DNA from: a virus
Lineage: Duplodnaviria; Caudoviricetes
Direction: 5' to 3' (one strand)
Length of the DNA stretch: 64,000 nt
IMG/VR virus record: IMGVR_UViG_3300032138_000012
Span: 5,836 to 69,835 of that record
Every line of letters begins with the position of its first letter. Within the stretch, counting starts at the first letter, position 1. Below are positions 24,352 to 32,965 of this stretch, in pieces. The notes under the pieces are model-generated. The model was given only the letters and a program-made list of their open reading frames with translations. It was not told the origin of the DNA and made no database searches. A program made the position numbers and the translations under genes.

Positions 24352-25133
24352 TTTATGTAAGCGCCATTAGTCTTTTTGTATATGTGAAAGAAGACCTTGT
24401 CTTCATCACGTATGCGGTAGTTGTTGATCTCATTAATAAGATCCATGTACAGCTCAGTGGTGGGACGTTCAGTCATCATCTGCCTGCACGACGGTTTTTT
24501 CAGCTGATTCATGAATCTGTCAACATCAAACCTGGTATCACGCATGGCAATCACCAAGGCCATGACAAATTTTCTAACCTTGTAGAGGTCAGTGTAATTT
24601 TTAAGACTGGTAATGAAATCAGCTTCCCTAATGGCCTGTGTTAAGTTTTTAACGGTGAATTTACCGTCTTTAAATGCCCTAGTAGTGCTGCGTGTGTACA
24701 TGGGCTTCTTTGACAGCAGGTCAAAGCAAACCGTGTAGGGTAGGTCATACTTGTTCTTGAACCACTGAAATACGTGGTAGGGACCCCTAGTGTTGTTGAC
24801 TCTTATTTCCTCTGCAATGAAGGATGCGAGATACTGGTAAAGTTTCCATCCACGCTGCGCCTGGTTGATGCAGCGTACCTCCTTCAGTCCAATATCCCTA
24901 TCAAGTACGACGTAGAATACGGGCTTGCCTAATTCTTTCGCTGCGGCCAAACGGTGCTGCCCGTCAAGAACGACAAGATTGCCGTCCTTGTCCCTCTTGA
25001 CAAGAATGGGTATGGGTAAATCCACAACCTCTTTCATGGATAGCACCATCTTCTTCAAGTCTGCTGGTTCGACATTCCTGTTGCCTAACAACAGGGTAAA
25101 TTTGTCATAGTCTGTAGTTTTATGAATTCTCAT
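24348..25133 (-). CDS. ParB/Srx-like N-terminal domain protein
   Basis: GNRNV..PIPILV....GNLVVLDGQHRLAAAKELG motif. Confidence 0.75.
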   Translation of the reverse strand: MRIHKTTDYDKFTLLLGNRNVEPADLKKMVLSMKEVVDLPIPILVKRDKDGNLVVLDGQHRLAAAKELGKPVFYVVLDRDIGLKEVRCINQAQRGWKLYQYLASFIAEEIRVNNTRGPYHVFQWFKNKYDLPYTVCFDLLSKKPMYTRSTTRAFKDGKFTVKNLTQAIREADFITSLKNYTDLYKVRKFVMALVIAMRDTRFDVDRFMNQLKKPSCRQMMTERPTTELYMDLINEINNYRIRDEDKVFFHIYKKTNGAYIK

Positions 25134-25144
25134 TTCTGATTCTC

Positions 25145-25789
25145 CTAGACATTTACACCCTTCACTGGACTGTCCAGTGTAAAGTGTACATTAAAGGCAA
25201 GCGACCTTCGCTCACCTTTTGACCTAAATGGATACACCTGGTGTGTAAGCCATGAAGGAAACAAATAAAAATCTCCAACCTCCGGTTTCGCGATGTAACT
25301 ATGCCTCGCAAAATGATTTGGAATGGATCCCAGAAACTCCAGGCATCCAGCTGTTGGATGGTGGTCTTCCTTTTCATACTCAGCGTTAAATCCTGGTGGT
25401 ATCTTAAGAAACGCGACACCGGACAGGTTTGAGTCATGAATGTGCATCGGATTGAAATCACCGGCATACTGTGACACGACCCACACGCGAAACGCAACCT
25501 TGCTGCCGTCAGCCGGTTCCTTGTCAATCGTGTGCTTGTAGTATGTCTTTGACATCGTAATGAGAAACTCCGCAAGATTTGGAACCCTGTTGTGGTCAAT
25601 GGCAATTTCCTTTTTGACATTGCCCGCAAGATTGTGGGACCAGTCGTGTTCCTTGCTCAGCTTGTCGTCATGAAGGATTCTGTCAGCTTCCGCGTTCAGA
25701 AGGTTGGTAAATCCCTGTGGCATTTTGGTCTTCAGTATGCTTGGACCAAAAGGCTGATAGATGTCGTATTGTAATTCTTGATTAGTCAG
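25145..25789 (-). CDS. 2OG-Fe(II) oxygenase (TIGR02466-like)
   Basis: WVV.Q..GDFNPMHIHDS.LSGV.FL..P..PEVGD..LFPSWL.H.V..RRSLAFN; frame open to a CTG at 25789 (first ATG at 25723). Confidence 0.75.
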   Translation of the reverse strand: MTNQELQYDIYQPFGPSILKTKMPQGFTNLLNAEADRILHDDKLSKEHDWSHNLAGNVKKEIAIDHNRVPNLAEFLITMSKTYYKHTIDKEPADGSKVAFRVWVVSQYAGDFNPMHIHDSNLSGVAFLKIPPGFNAEYEKEDHHPTAGCLEFLGSIPNHFARHSYIAKPEVGDFYLFPSWLTHQVYPFRSKGERRSLAFNVHFTLDSPVKGVNV

Positions 25790-25985
25790 GATCAGTTCCT
25801 TCCCAACCTACATCAGCGTATTCCGGCATGTTGATATCTTCCTGATCTTCAATGATCTCGTTGATGTTGTCAATAATCGCTTCTTCCTTTGCGTGCAACG
25901 CCTCTAGCTTATCAAGTTGCTTCTTGATTTTATCCAGTGGTGTTTGCTTTTTTCTTGCTTTTTTCTTCTTTTTCTTCGGTCCCAT
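25782..25985 (-). CDS. Small protein with poly-Lys N-terminus and acidic C-terminus
   Basis: 67 aa, GGAGG RBS. Confidence 0.55.
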   Translation of the reverse strand: MGPKKKKKKARKKQTPLDKIKKQLDKLEALHAKEEAIIDNINEIIEDQEDINMPEYADVGWEGTDPD

Positions 25986-25994
25986 AGTTACCTC

Positions 25995-26378
25995 CTATAG
26001 TTTTTCAATTTTATCAATCCACTCCCTAATGAGCGGCTTTCCCAACTGCATTGGACCCTGCAGGTATTGTCCTGATCCGTCCTGTGATACATATTTCAGA
26101 GTGCGAATCATCGCATCCTCCTCGTTCTTAGCCCGTATTGTATAAGAGAATGTATATTCCCTTTTTGTAACAATGCGGTAGGTATTCTTCTCCTCGCCTT
26201 TCTCAACGTGGAACGTATCCATGCCGCCAATTCGTTTCTCAATCTTCCCTTCCTGCGGACGCTCGAAGGTGACCTTTGGTTTCCTGTATTCCCTTGCGTC
26301 CTTGATTGCCTCCGCAGTTCTCTTTGCACGAATCTTATTTCGCTCGGACTGTATGTGCTTTTCCTTCTGCTCATTCAC
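25995..26378 (-). CDS. Hypothetical protein
   Basis: 127 aa, GTG start overlapping the upstream stop. Confidence 0.55.
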   Translation of the reverse strand: MNEQKEKHIQSERNKIRAKRTAEAIKDAREYRKPKVTFERPQEGKIEKRIGGMDTFHVEKGEEKNTYRIVTKREYTFSYTIRAKNEEDAMIRTLKYVSQDGSGQYLQGPMQLGKPLIREWIDKIEKL

Positions 26379-26521
26379 AGGTACTTGTCACCGTATTTTG
26401 CGACATGCGCACGCGCACGCCTTAAGTAATTTTGTATGCCAAGTTTCCATCCCATGAAAAAAAATACACCGCATAATGATCCCAGGCACATTCCAAATAA
26501 AAAAGTTTCCAATAAACTCAT
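26375..26521 (-). CDS. Small membrane protein, 48 aa (not in track)
   Basis: MSLLETFLFGMCLGSLCGVFFFMGWKLGIQNYLRRARAHVAKYGDKYL*; AGGAG RBS; ATGA/GTGA overlaps at both ends. Confidence 0.6.
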   Translation of the reverse strand: MSLLETFLFGMCLGSLCGVFFFMGWKLGIQNYLRRARAHVAKYGDKYL

Positions 26522-26583
26522 GACATCACTCCTATAATCCAAAGTGTTCCAAAGAACACCAACGCAAACGTTGCTGGTTCCAT
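26518..26583 (-). CDS. Hydrophobic 21-aa microprotein (not in track)
   Basis: MEPATFALVFFGTLWIIGVMS*; GGAG RBS; fills the gap exactly. Confidence 0.45.
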   Translation of the reverse strand: MEPATFALVFFGTLWIIGVMS

Positions 26584-26584
26584 T

Positions 26585-26797
26585 CTATCTCCTTAACTGT
26601 TTAACTTCATCAAAATGATCTTGACGCCTCATGTCATCAAGCGCATCCTCCATCCCGAATTCGTAGCGGCGCAACAGGATCGTCATGACCCTGTCCCACC
26701 TTCTACGGTCGAGCAACTCTTGTGTTGTCCTGGGCGCTCGCAGCACGAACTTCCCAAGACGTTTCTTTTCCTTTAGCAGTCTGCTGTACAGGCTCAT
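26585..26797 (-). CDS. Basic hypothetical protein
   Basis: Start moved to MSLYSRLLKEKK. Confidence 0.5.
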   Translation of the reverse strand: MSLYSRLLKEKKRLGKFVLRAPRTTQELLDRRRWDRVMTILLRRYEFGMEDALDDMRRQDHFDEVKQLRR

Positions 26798-26876
26798 ATG
26801 CCAAGTCCCCACGCAAGCAGGTATCTGCATACCAAAATAAAAATAAGTACCTTAACCGGTAAAAACAAAAACCACA

Positions 26877-27197
26877 TCACGTTCGCACCGCTATGTATTC
26901 ATAGTCCAGGTCACCGTGTCTTCGCTGCACGAGCGTGACGACGCTGCTGTGGTACGCGTGCATGACACGCCGCTTCAGGCTGCCAACTCGTCGATCATCC
27001 GTCGTGGGCGAAAACTTCTGCAGGTGTGGCGCCATGATGTATCCACGGTAATAGGAGATCTTGTCCCCCTTCCGTGATTTGGTCAGCCAGTCTTCAAATT
27101 TCTTAATGCTTAACATAATGTGATCAAAACTCCCGTAATTATGGTAGCTCTTCGGCTTATTGCTGTGCAATCCATTTTTTGTATACTTTCTCGTCAT
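26877..27197 (-). CDS. Hypothetical protein
   Basis: First gene after the promoter at 27215; FEDWL..GDKISYYRG..LVQRR motif. Confidence 0.6.
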   Translation of the reverse strand: MTRKYTKNGLHSNKPKSYHNYGSFDHIMLSIKKFEDWLTKSRKGDKISYYRGYIMAPHLQKFSPTTDDRRVGSLKRRVMHAYHSSVVTLVQRRHGDLDYEYIAVRT

Positions 27198-27214
27198 CTC
27201 AATCTCAACCACGT

Positions 27215-27243
27215 ATTATAGCATATTGGTATGAACAAAACAA
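27215..27243 (-). promoter_or_regulatory. Extended -10 sigma70 promoter
   Basis: TTGTTT-N17 (ending TGC)-TATAAT at a strand switch. Confidence 0.55.
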
Positions 27244-27485
27244 GGACAAATGTTGTCAATAGGAACATTTATTTAACTCCAAAATGTGGAAAACCCTGTC
27301 AAGCATTTTTTTCTTGCACATTTCTTTTACATAATGTACACATAGGCTCTCAACTTCATTTCATCTCGGTGGACTCTCCCTGCACATTCGTTGCGGGGGA
27401 GTCCCATTTAAGGACATGCGAAAATACTGGAAAAAACTGAAAAAATGGCTAAGATATAAACCTCACAGAGCATACATGAGGAAAA

Positions 27486-28124
27486 ATGGCGTTTCTAGTA
27501 GCAAACTTACCCCCACTAAAAGTATTAGTTAAAAAAGAATACCTCTACGATTTCGAGAAAGGACACGGCGAACTGGTCGAAGGGCTGTGGGTCACTGTAA
27601 AATCCATTCAGGGGCGCGCACTGTATTTTGAGACTTATCTACCTGAATATGCGGCGTTGTATGACAAGCTTCCAATATCAGCGTTCGTGCACAAGGAAAC
27701 GGATTTGAATCTGGACCTGGAAGAACTGGAGCTCTGGGATGCATTCTCATATGATATAACCGTAATAGAAAAGAGAGCACTTGCGGGTGTGCGTTGTAAA
27801 TACCTTGCACCTTCAAAGAAATGGTATTATGGTGAGTACTTATTTACGATTGACAGTTGTCATGCTGACAGCAATGTTTTAAATGACAACTATTCAGAAG
27901 TTCCGGAAGAGCATAAATCGTTTAATATATTGGAATTAGACAATGGGCACTACGCTGCCCAGCCTAATAACCGCGTATTGTTTTATGACAAATCTTTGAC
28001 TCCTGCACAGCCACTACAGCCGGACTTTAAAGTTTCAACAAAATACTACTCAGTTGAAAACAAAAGCAAGTGGACAGCTGGCGATGATACGGACTATTTT
28101 TACGGATTAAGGGAGCAAGAATGA
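27486..28124 (+). CDS. Conserved marine phage hypothetical protein
   Basis: 212 aa, MAFLVANLPP..KEYLYD..YDKLPISAF..AAQPNNR; GAGG RBS. Confidence 0.7.
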   Translation: MAFLVANLPPLKVLVKKEYLYDFEKGHGELVEGLWVTVKSIQGRALYFETYLPEYAALYDKLPISAFVHKETDLNLDLEELELWDAFSYDITVIEKRALAGVRCKYLAPSKKWYYGEYLFTIDSCHADSNVLNDNYSEVPEEHKSFNILELDNGHYAAQPNNRVLFYDKSLTPAQPLQPDFKVSTKYYSVENKSKWTAGDDTDYFYGLREQE

Positions 28125-28363
28125 TTAAAATATGGTTTTTATTGGTGGTTATGTCCATGCCAAACGCACCTACGGTTAAATATGTGGGATCTCTGTATCC
28201 CACGGAGGATGACTGTTTGGAGGCGCAAATAGTCTATTTAAATACGTACGAAGCCAAACCACAAAACTACAAGGATAAATTGGTTACTGATGCATTTTGT
28301 TTACCTTTTGATGCATTTCCTGTACAAGGTATGAATTACAAGGATTCATCATTTGGCGCGTAG
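28121..28363 (+). CDS. Small exported or membrane protein
   Basis: Hydrophobic N-terminus; two Cys. Confidence 0.55.
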   Translation: MIKIWFLLVVMSMPNAPTVKYVGSLYPTEDDCLEAQIVYLNTYEAKPQNYKDKLVTDAFCLPFDAFPVQGMNYKDSSFGA

Positions 28364-28375
28364 CCTGGAGGGCAC

Positions 28376-29149
28376 ATGAAGTTTTGGTTAAAAATAATAG
28401 CATTAACGGTAATCTTGATATTAGTGTCAATATGGGCTAAACCCATAATGGCAGATGATACAAATACACAGACTAATACATCGGGTTCGAACACAAACAT
28501 CACGGGTGGGTACGAGAGTACTACCACGAACAACAACGATGGACAGACGAACACGACAACGGACAATTCAACATCTACATCAACTACCAATGGGGCCGGT
28601 ATTCCCCCTCCTTCAGCCAATTCACCAAGTTACTCCAGCATGTCTCAGGATGTGTGTAGCATGGGTGTTAGTGGTTCCGTTACTACTGGCATTGTTGGGA
28701 TCAGTGGTGGCAAACATTTTATAGACGAGAACTGCGAAAGAATAAAACTGGCCAAGGTCCTTCAGGATTTTGGCATGAAAGTTGCATCCGTGGCAGTGCT
28801 CTGTCAGGACGCACGCGTGCATGCTGCAATGCAATCCGCAGGAACGCCATGTCCATTTAACGGGAAAATCGGGGCCGAGGCGCAAGCACTGTGGGATAAG
28901 TATCCTGAACTAAGGCCGGATTATGACCTGTATTTAGCAAAAAAAGAGATAATTTCCAAAGTTGACGCAGAATTACTGGCACAGCAATTGAAAGAAGCTG
29001 AAGAGGAAGCTGCAAGAGTGGCTGCGGAAGAGGCTAAAAAAGCTGAAGAAGAAGCGTTAAGAAAAGCTGAAGAGGAAGCAAAATTAAATGAGGAAATTAG
29101 CAATATTGACGTTATTGTTGACTCTGAGCCTATCAGAATCCACGAATAG
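28376..29149 (+). CDS. Exported Cys-containing protein with Thr/Asn linker and coiled-coil tail
   Basis: Signal peptide; DVCSMGVSG..DENCERIKLAK..GMKVASVAVLCQD..AGTPCP motif. Confidence 0.65.
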   Translation: MKFWLKIIALTVILILVSIWAKPIMADDTNTQTNTSGSNTNITGGYESTTTNNNDGQTNTTTDNSTSTSTTNGAGIPPPSANSPSYSSMSQDVCSMGVSGSVTTGIVGISGGKHFIDENCERIKLAKVLQDFGMKVASVAVLCQDARVHAAMQSAGTPCPFNGKIGAEAQALWDKYPELRPDYDLYLAKKEIISKVDAELLAQQLKEAEEEAARVAAEEAKKAEEEALRKAEEEAKLNEEISNIDVIVDSEPIRIHE

Positions 29150-30827
29150 CGAAACGGTAACAACCGACAATCTTTTAAGCAACTCCACGTTTGGAACCGG
29201 AACGACGTATTCCGATACGGGTTGGACCATTTCCGGATATGACAGTTCCCACAACTACATAAGTTCCGCCGGTGGCAATGATCCCGGTGGCGCAGTGGCC
29301 TCGGGGAAGGACACGAACATCGAGCAGACCGTAAGTTCCATCAAGACGGCAGCCGGAATGACGGTCAATGAAATAAGAAAGGGTTTCAGCTCAGTGCTGT
29401 CTTCAGACATATGGTTCTGGAATTCATACGACAACACCACAACACTCAAGCAGACAATTACGGACAGTGCGGGAAATGTAACAGTACAGCAACGTGTCAT
29501 TCCGGACACGGGATGCGGCAGCAGCGATTGCGGACAGTACACCAACTACACGGACACACACATACAGGGAACGAATACCAGTGATGATTTCAGCATCAAG
29601 GTGGGCGTGTCAAACTCCAACAGCCTGAATTATCACCAGGGTCCCGACATAGATGACATACAGTTAAAAATTACCTACACAGACGTACCACCCATTGAGG
29701 AAGATACGCAGGAAGAACTGGAAGACATTACCGAGGACATTGAGGAGGACATTCCTGACTTTGATGAAATAGAGGATATAGAATGGGAAGAGGATTTTAC
29801 GTTTGAAGAGGAGTATTTTACCTGGGAAGAGGATTTTTATTTCGAGGAGGAATTTGACACAGCATGGGAAGAATTTGACACCGCGTGGAATGACTATGAA
29901 ATGGAATTCAACGATGAGGTATATCTTGAAGAGGAATTTACGGAATTTGAAGAAATGGAAATGCCTGAAGAATTTGAAATGACTATGATGCCAGAAGATT
30001 CATTCGAGGAAATGTACATGGAGGAATTTGAAGAATTTGAAACTTTTGAGGATGTCTTCAGTACATTAGACGGTGAGGATATGGAAATGTTTGAAGAATT
30101 TGAGGAATTTGAAGAGATGGAAGAAATGGAAATGGAAGAAGAAATAGTGGAAGAAATTGAGGATATGCCTGAAGAATTTGAAGAAATGGAGATGGCGGAA
30201 GAAGAAACACTTGACATGGAGGTAGAAGAAAGCGAAAATACCCCTGCTGAAACTGAAATGGACGAAGAAATGGAAATGGAAGAGGAAGCGGAAGAAATGG
30301 AGGTAGCTGAAAATGATGAAGAGCCTACTGAAGAGACTGCAGAAGCAGTGGAAGAAGAGCCAGAATCTGAAGAAAGCCCACAAGAGGTTGCTTCAGATGA
30401 AAGCGAAGCAGATGGAGAAGGAGTTGGTGCAGATGAAGAGTCTGTAGAAGAAGAGAAAAAGACTGTTGAAGTAGAAAAGGAGAAAATAAAAACAGTCGAC
30501 AATAAAATCAAAACTAAGATTAAAGAAATTAAAGTGGACGAAATCAAGGTGGCTAAAATCAAACCCACCTTGTTTTCGGACCAACCCAATCTGGAAACAT
30601 ATTCCAATGTCTCATTTTATACTCCGGAAGACCTAAATTATGAGGTAAATGACTCATTTTTTGAGCAGGTTAGCCTTGATATGTATAACAAACAGATATA
30701 TACTAATATCTCCCTCTCAGGATACATCCAGAGTGATCCTGTGGAAGTCCATCGCAAGAAGATGGAGGAAATCACTATCAAAAAGAGGACACTTATGATA
30801 GAATTACAGCAACTAAAAAATGAATAA
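29088..30827 (+). CDS. Exported protein with a beta-rich domain and a very long Glu-rich region
   Basis: 579 aa; signal peptide MRKLAILTLLLTLSLS; about 280 aa dominated by E/D/M/F. Confidence 0.7.
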   Translation: MRKLAILTLLLTLSLSESTNSETVTTDNLLSNSTFGTGTTYSDTGWTISGYDSSHNYISSAGGNDPGGAVASGKDTNIEQTVSSIKTAAGMTVNEIRKGFSSVLSSDIWFWNSYDNTTTLKQTITDSAGNVTVQQRVIPDTGCGSSDCGQYTNYTDTHIQGTNTSDDFSIKVGVSNSNSLNYHQGPDIDDIQLKITYTDVPPIEEDTQEELEDITEDIEEDIPDFDEIEDIEWEEDFTFEEEYFTWEEDFYFEEEFDTAWEEFDTAWNDYEMEFNDEVYLEEEFTEFEEMEMPEEFEMTMMPEDSFEEMYMEEFEEFETFEDVFSTLDGEDMEMFEEFEEFEEMEEMEMEEEIVEEIEDMPEEFEEMEMAEEETLDMEVEESENTPAETEMDEEMEMEEEAEEMEVAENDEEPTEETAEAVEEEPESEESPQEVASDESEADGEGVGADEESVEEEKKTVEVEKEKIKTVDNKIKTKIKEIKVDEIKVAKIKPTLFSDQPNLETYSNVSFYTPEDLNYEVNDSFFEQVSLDMYNKQIYTNISLSGYIQSDPVEVHRKKMEEITIKKRTLMIELQQLKNE

Positions 30828-31305
30828 CCTAGTAACTAAATTATCATCAATAGCTGCACTCCTTGGCGTTTTGGGTGCCATTGGGGCAGGGTTCGTGCAG
30901 TATGGAAAACTGATGGCAAAAATTGATGAACTGGACAAGCGTAAAGCAGTCATTAATCAAAGTGTTGATTTAGATCCATTGCACGAAAAAATATCATCAT
31001 TAGAAGTAGGATTAATAGATAGGATATCAACCGTAGAGGAAAAGATTCAACCCCAGGACATGACGTGGGTGCTTGAAGCCCATATTGATATAAGAGAGAA
31101 TATTGCTAAAATAAGAGAAGAAATAGCGGCTTTGGATATACCAGAAGAAACTAATTTAAAACCTTTAAACGAAGCAATTAAGAATCTTGAAAGTAAAATT
31201 TCAGAACTAGACACTAATGTAAAAATTGTACAGAAAGAGAACCAACTACAAGATGTTCTCATAGAAGAAATAAAAACTAAAGCAAATAATCCACTGGCGA
31301 ACTAA
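30820..31305 (+). CDS. N-anchored coiled-coil membrane protein (i-spanin-like topology)
   Basis: One N-terminal TM segment followed by long heptad helices. Confidence 0.55.
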   Translation: MNNLVTKLSSIAALLGVLGAIGAGFVQYGKLMAKIDELDKRKAVINQSVDLDPLHEKISSLEVGLIDRISTVEEKIQPQDMTWVLEAHIDIRENIAKIREEIAALDIPEETNLKPLNEAIKNLESKISELDTNVKIVQKENQLQDVLIEEIKTKANNPLAN

Positions 31306-31308
31306 TGA

Positions 31309-31518
31309 ATGAAAAAGATAGCGTTTTGTATAGCAATAATATCTACAATAAATTTATATGGATGTTATGACATGAATACCTTAAGCGTCAAGCCATCAAC
31401 AACTACAGTTACATACGGAAGAGATAGTGCTACGGCTGAAAAGGACGCCAAGAATGATGTCCTGACAGACACGGAAAAGACGTCCTGGACAATCAAACAA
31501 GTATTTAAGTGGGAGTAA
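31309..31518 (+). CDS. Putative lipoprotein
   Basis: MKK + hydrophobic stretch + lipobox-like LYGC. Confidence 0.55.
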   Translation: MKKIAFCIAIISTINLYGCYDMNTLSVKPSTTTVTYGRDSATAEKDAKNDVLTDTEKTSWTIKQVFKWE

Positions 31519-31521
31519 ATA

Positions 31522-31722
31522 ATGGAACGAATGATTATCTCAATCATTGCAGCGGCCCTCCTGGGGCTCGGCGCATGGAATTTAAATCAAACTTTCAACC
31601 TCTCCATTGAGATAGAGGGTATCAAGGGAAAGATTGAAGTTGTTGAAAAGGGAATGAAGCAATTAAGAAATATGATTGCGAAAGATAGACAAAAAAATAA
31701 AAAAAAGAAAAAGGATGACTAA
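31522..31722 (+). CDS. Small TM + coiled-coil protein
   Basis: N-terminal hydrophobic helix, basic tail. Confidence 0.55.
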   Translation: MERMIISIIAAALLGLGAWNLNQTFNLSIEIEGIKGKIEVVEKGMKQLRNMIAKDRQKNKKKKKDD

Positions 31723-31792
31723 GGATTTACCTAGTTGTCCCGGATGTGGTCATGTAATAGAGGAATGTATATGTGGGAGTATAGGAAAATAA
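31715..31792 (+). CDS. 25-aa CxxC-x6-CxC microprotein (not in track)
   Basis: MTKDLPSCPGCGHVIEECICGSIGK*; fills the gap and abuts the next ATG. Confidence 0.45.
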   Translation: MTKDLPSCPGCGHVIEECICGSIGK

Positions 31793-32203
31793 ATGGCAGA
31801 TAGAATGGACATCAGCGATAAAACCGCGATCAGCATGCCTATGCGCAACCTTCTCGCGATTCTCACGGCCACAGCGATTGGCGTGTATGCCTTCTTCGGG
31901 ATTCAGGAAAAGTTAAACAACCTCCAAACAGTCCAGACTCTTATGGAATCCGACCTCGTGAAAAACACGGAATTCCGTATCAAGTGGCCCAGGGGTGAGC
32001 TCGGCAGTTTACCTGCGGATGCTCAGCAGGACCTCCTTATAGAATTTATGGCCCAGCAGCTCGAGGGTATGCAAAAGGACATGGAGTCAATGATGTCAAA
32101 TACCGTGAATATAAAGAGATCACAGCAGGACATAGAACGCTTGCTCAACGACGTGGAGAAGCTCAAAGATAAAATTAGGGAGAACGGCAATGGAGGTAAT
32201 TAG
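31793..32203 (+). CDS. TM-anchored coiled-coil protein
   Basis: ISMPMRNLLAILTATAIGVYAFFG TM; FRIKWPRG.LG.LPAD motif. Confidence 0.6.
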   Translation: MADRMDISDKTAISMPMRNLLAILTATAIGVYAFFGIQEKLNNLQTVQTLMESDLVKNTEFRIKWPRGELGSLPADAQQDLLIEFMAQQLEGMQKDMESMMSNTVNIKRSQQDIERLLNDVEKLKDKIRENGNGGN

Positions 32204-32504
32204 CATCATAGTCATGTTCGTTTTCGGGAACATGAATGACCAAGAGCATAGAATGACACAGTATGTTCCAATGGAATCACTGTCCTCATGCATGAAGGAA
32301 GTGAGACTGCTCAAGAAAAAGGAAACGGATTACACAAAGAACGCATTCTGCGGTCCAGCACTCGTGGAATTGAGTGATGACGGGGAAATACTGACATTGC
32401 ACAACGAGCTACCGGAAGGGGCCAAGATGGTAAGGAAAGAAATAAGCAAGGAAGTGTTTGAAAGATGGACCCTTAGATCAAAAGAGAAATGGAATAACAA
32501 ATGA
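32190..32504 (+). CDS. Exported or membrane hypothetical protein
   Basis: Hydrophobic N-terminus, two Cys. Confidence 0.55.
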   Translation: MEVISIIVMFVFGNMNDQEHRMTQYVPMESLSSCMKEVRLLKKKETDYTKNAFCGPALVELSDDGEILTLHNELPEGAKMVRKEISKEVFERWTLRSKEKWNNK

Positions 32505-32596
32505 TGAAAGAATACCTACCCCTTATAATGACAGTCGTGGCGCTTACTGTGGTTGTGTGGTTATTAAACTCTGGCGTAGTGCTTGATTTTCTTTAG
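32501..32596 (+). CDS. 31-aa single-TM microprotein (not in track)
   Basis: MMKEYLPLIMTVVALTVVVWLLNSGVVLDFL*; ATGA overlap. Confidence 0.4.
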   Translation: MMKEYLPLIMTVVALTVVVWLLNSGVVLDFL

Positions 32597-32965
32597 CATG
32601 CCATGAACTCCGTTGTTTCTGCCCGGTGTCAATAAAGTTTTAAGATTCAATTTTTCAAATTCACTTTGATCGAAGTCAATGATGTCCTGGGGCCTGGATC
32701 CACTGTACACGTCCGCTATGAGACAGACCATTCCCTTTGATATAAGCGCGGCTGAGTCAGCGTGAAAGTACATCTTGCCATCATGATAACCCGGAACAAG
32801 CCATGTCTGTGACTGGCAGCCTGGAACTTCGAATTCCTTCAGCTTCAGGCTTTCATTAAGCTCCTTGGATTTCTTTCCAAAATCCATAATCCACAGAAAC
32901 TTGTCCTGGTTGTCTTCAATGTTGTCAAGAATATCTATGTAGATCTGTAACTTATTTTGAATCAA
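32564..32965 (-). CDS. sufE: SufE-family sulfur acceptor / cysteine desulfurase activator
   Basis: IMDFGKK, VPGCQSQTW (active Cys), F.ADS.ALISKG, LTPGRNNG motifs. Confidence 0.88.
   Translation of the reverse strand: MIQNKLQIYIDILDNIEDNQDKFLWIMDFGKKSKELNESLKLKEFEVPGCQSQTWLVPGYHDGKMYFHADSAALISKGMVCLIADVYSGSRPQDIIDFDQSEFEKLNLKTLLTPGRNNGVHGMLKKIKHYARV

Noticed and set aside
29894-30607. 237-aa Ser-rich minus-strand ORF and overlapping Phe-rich ORFs
   Set aside because: Antisense shadows of the GAA-rich Glu tract of the 579-aa gene
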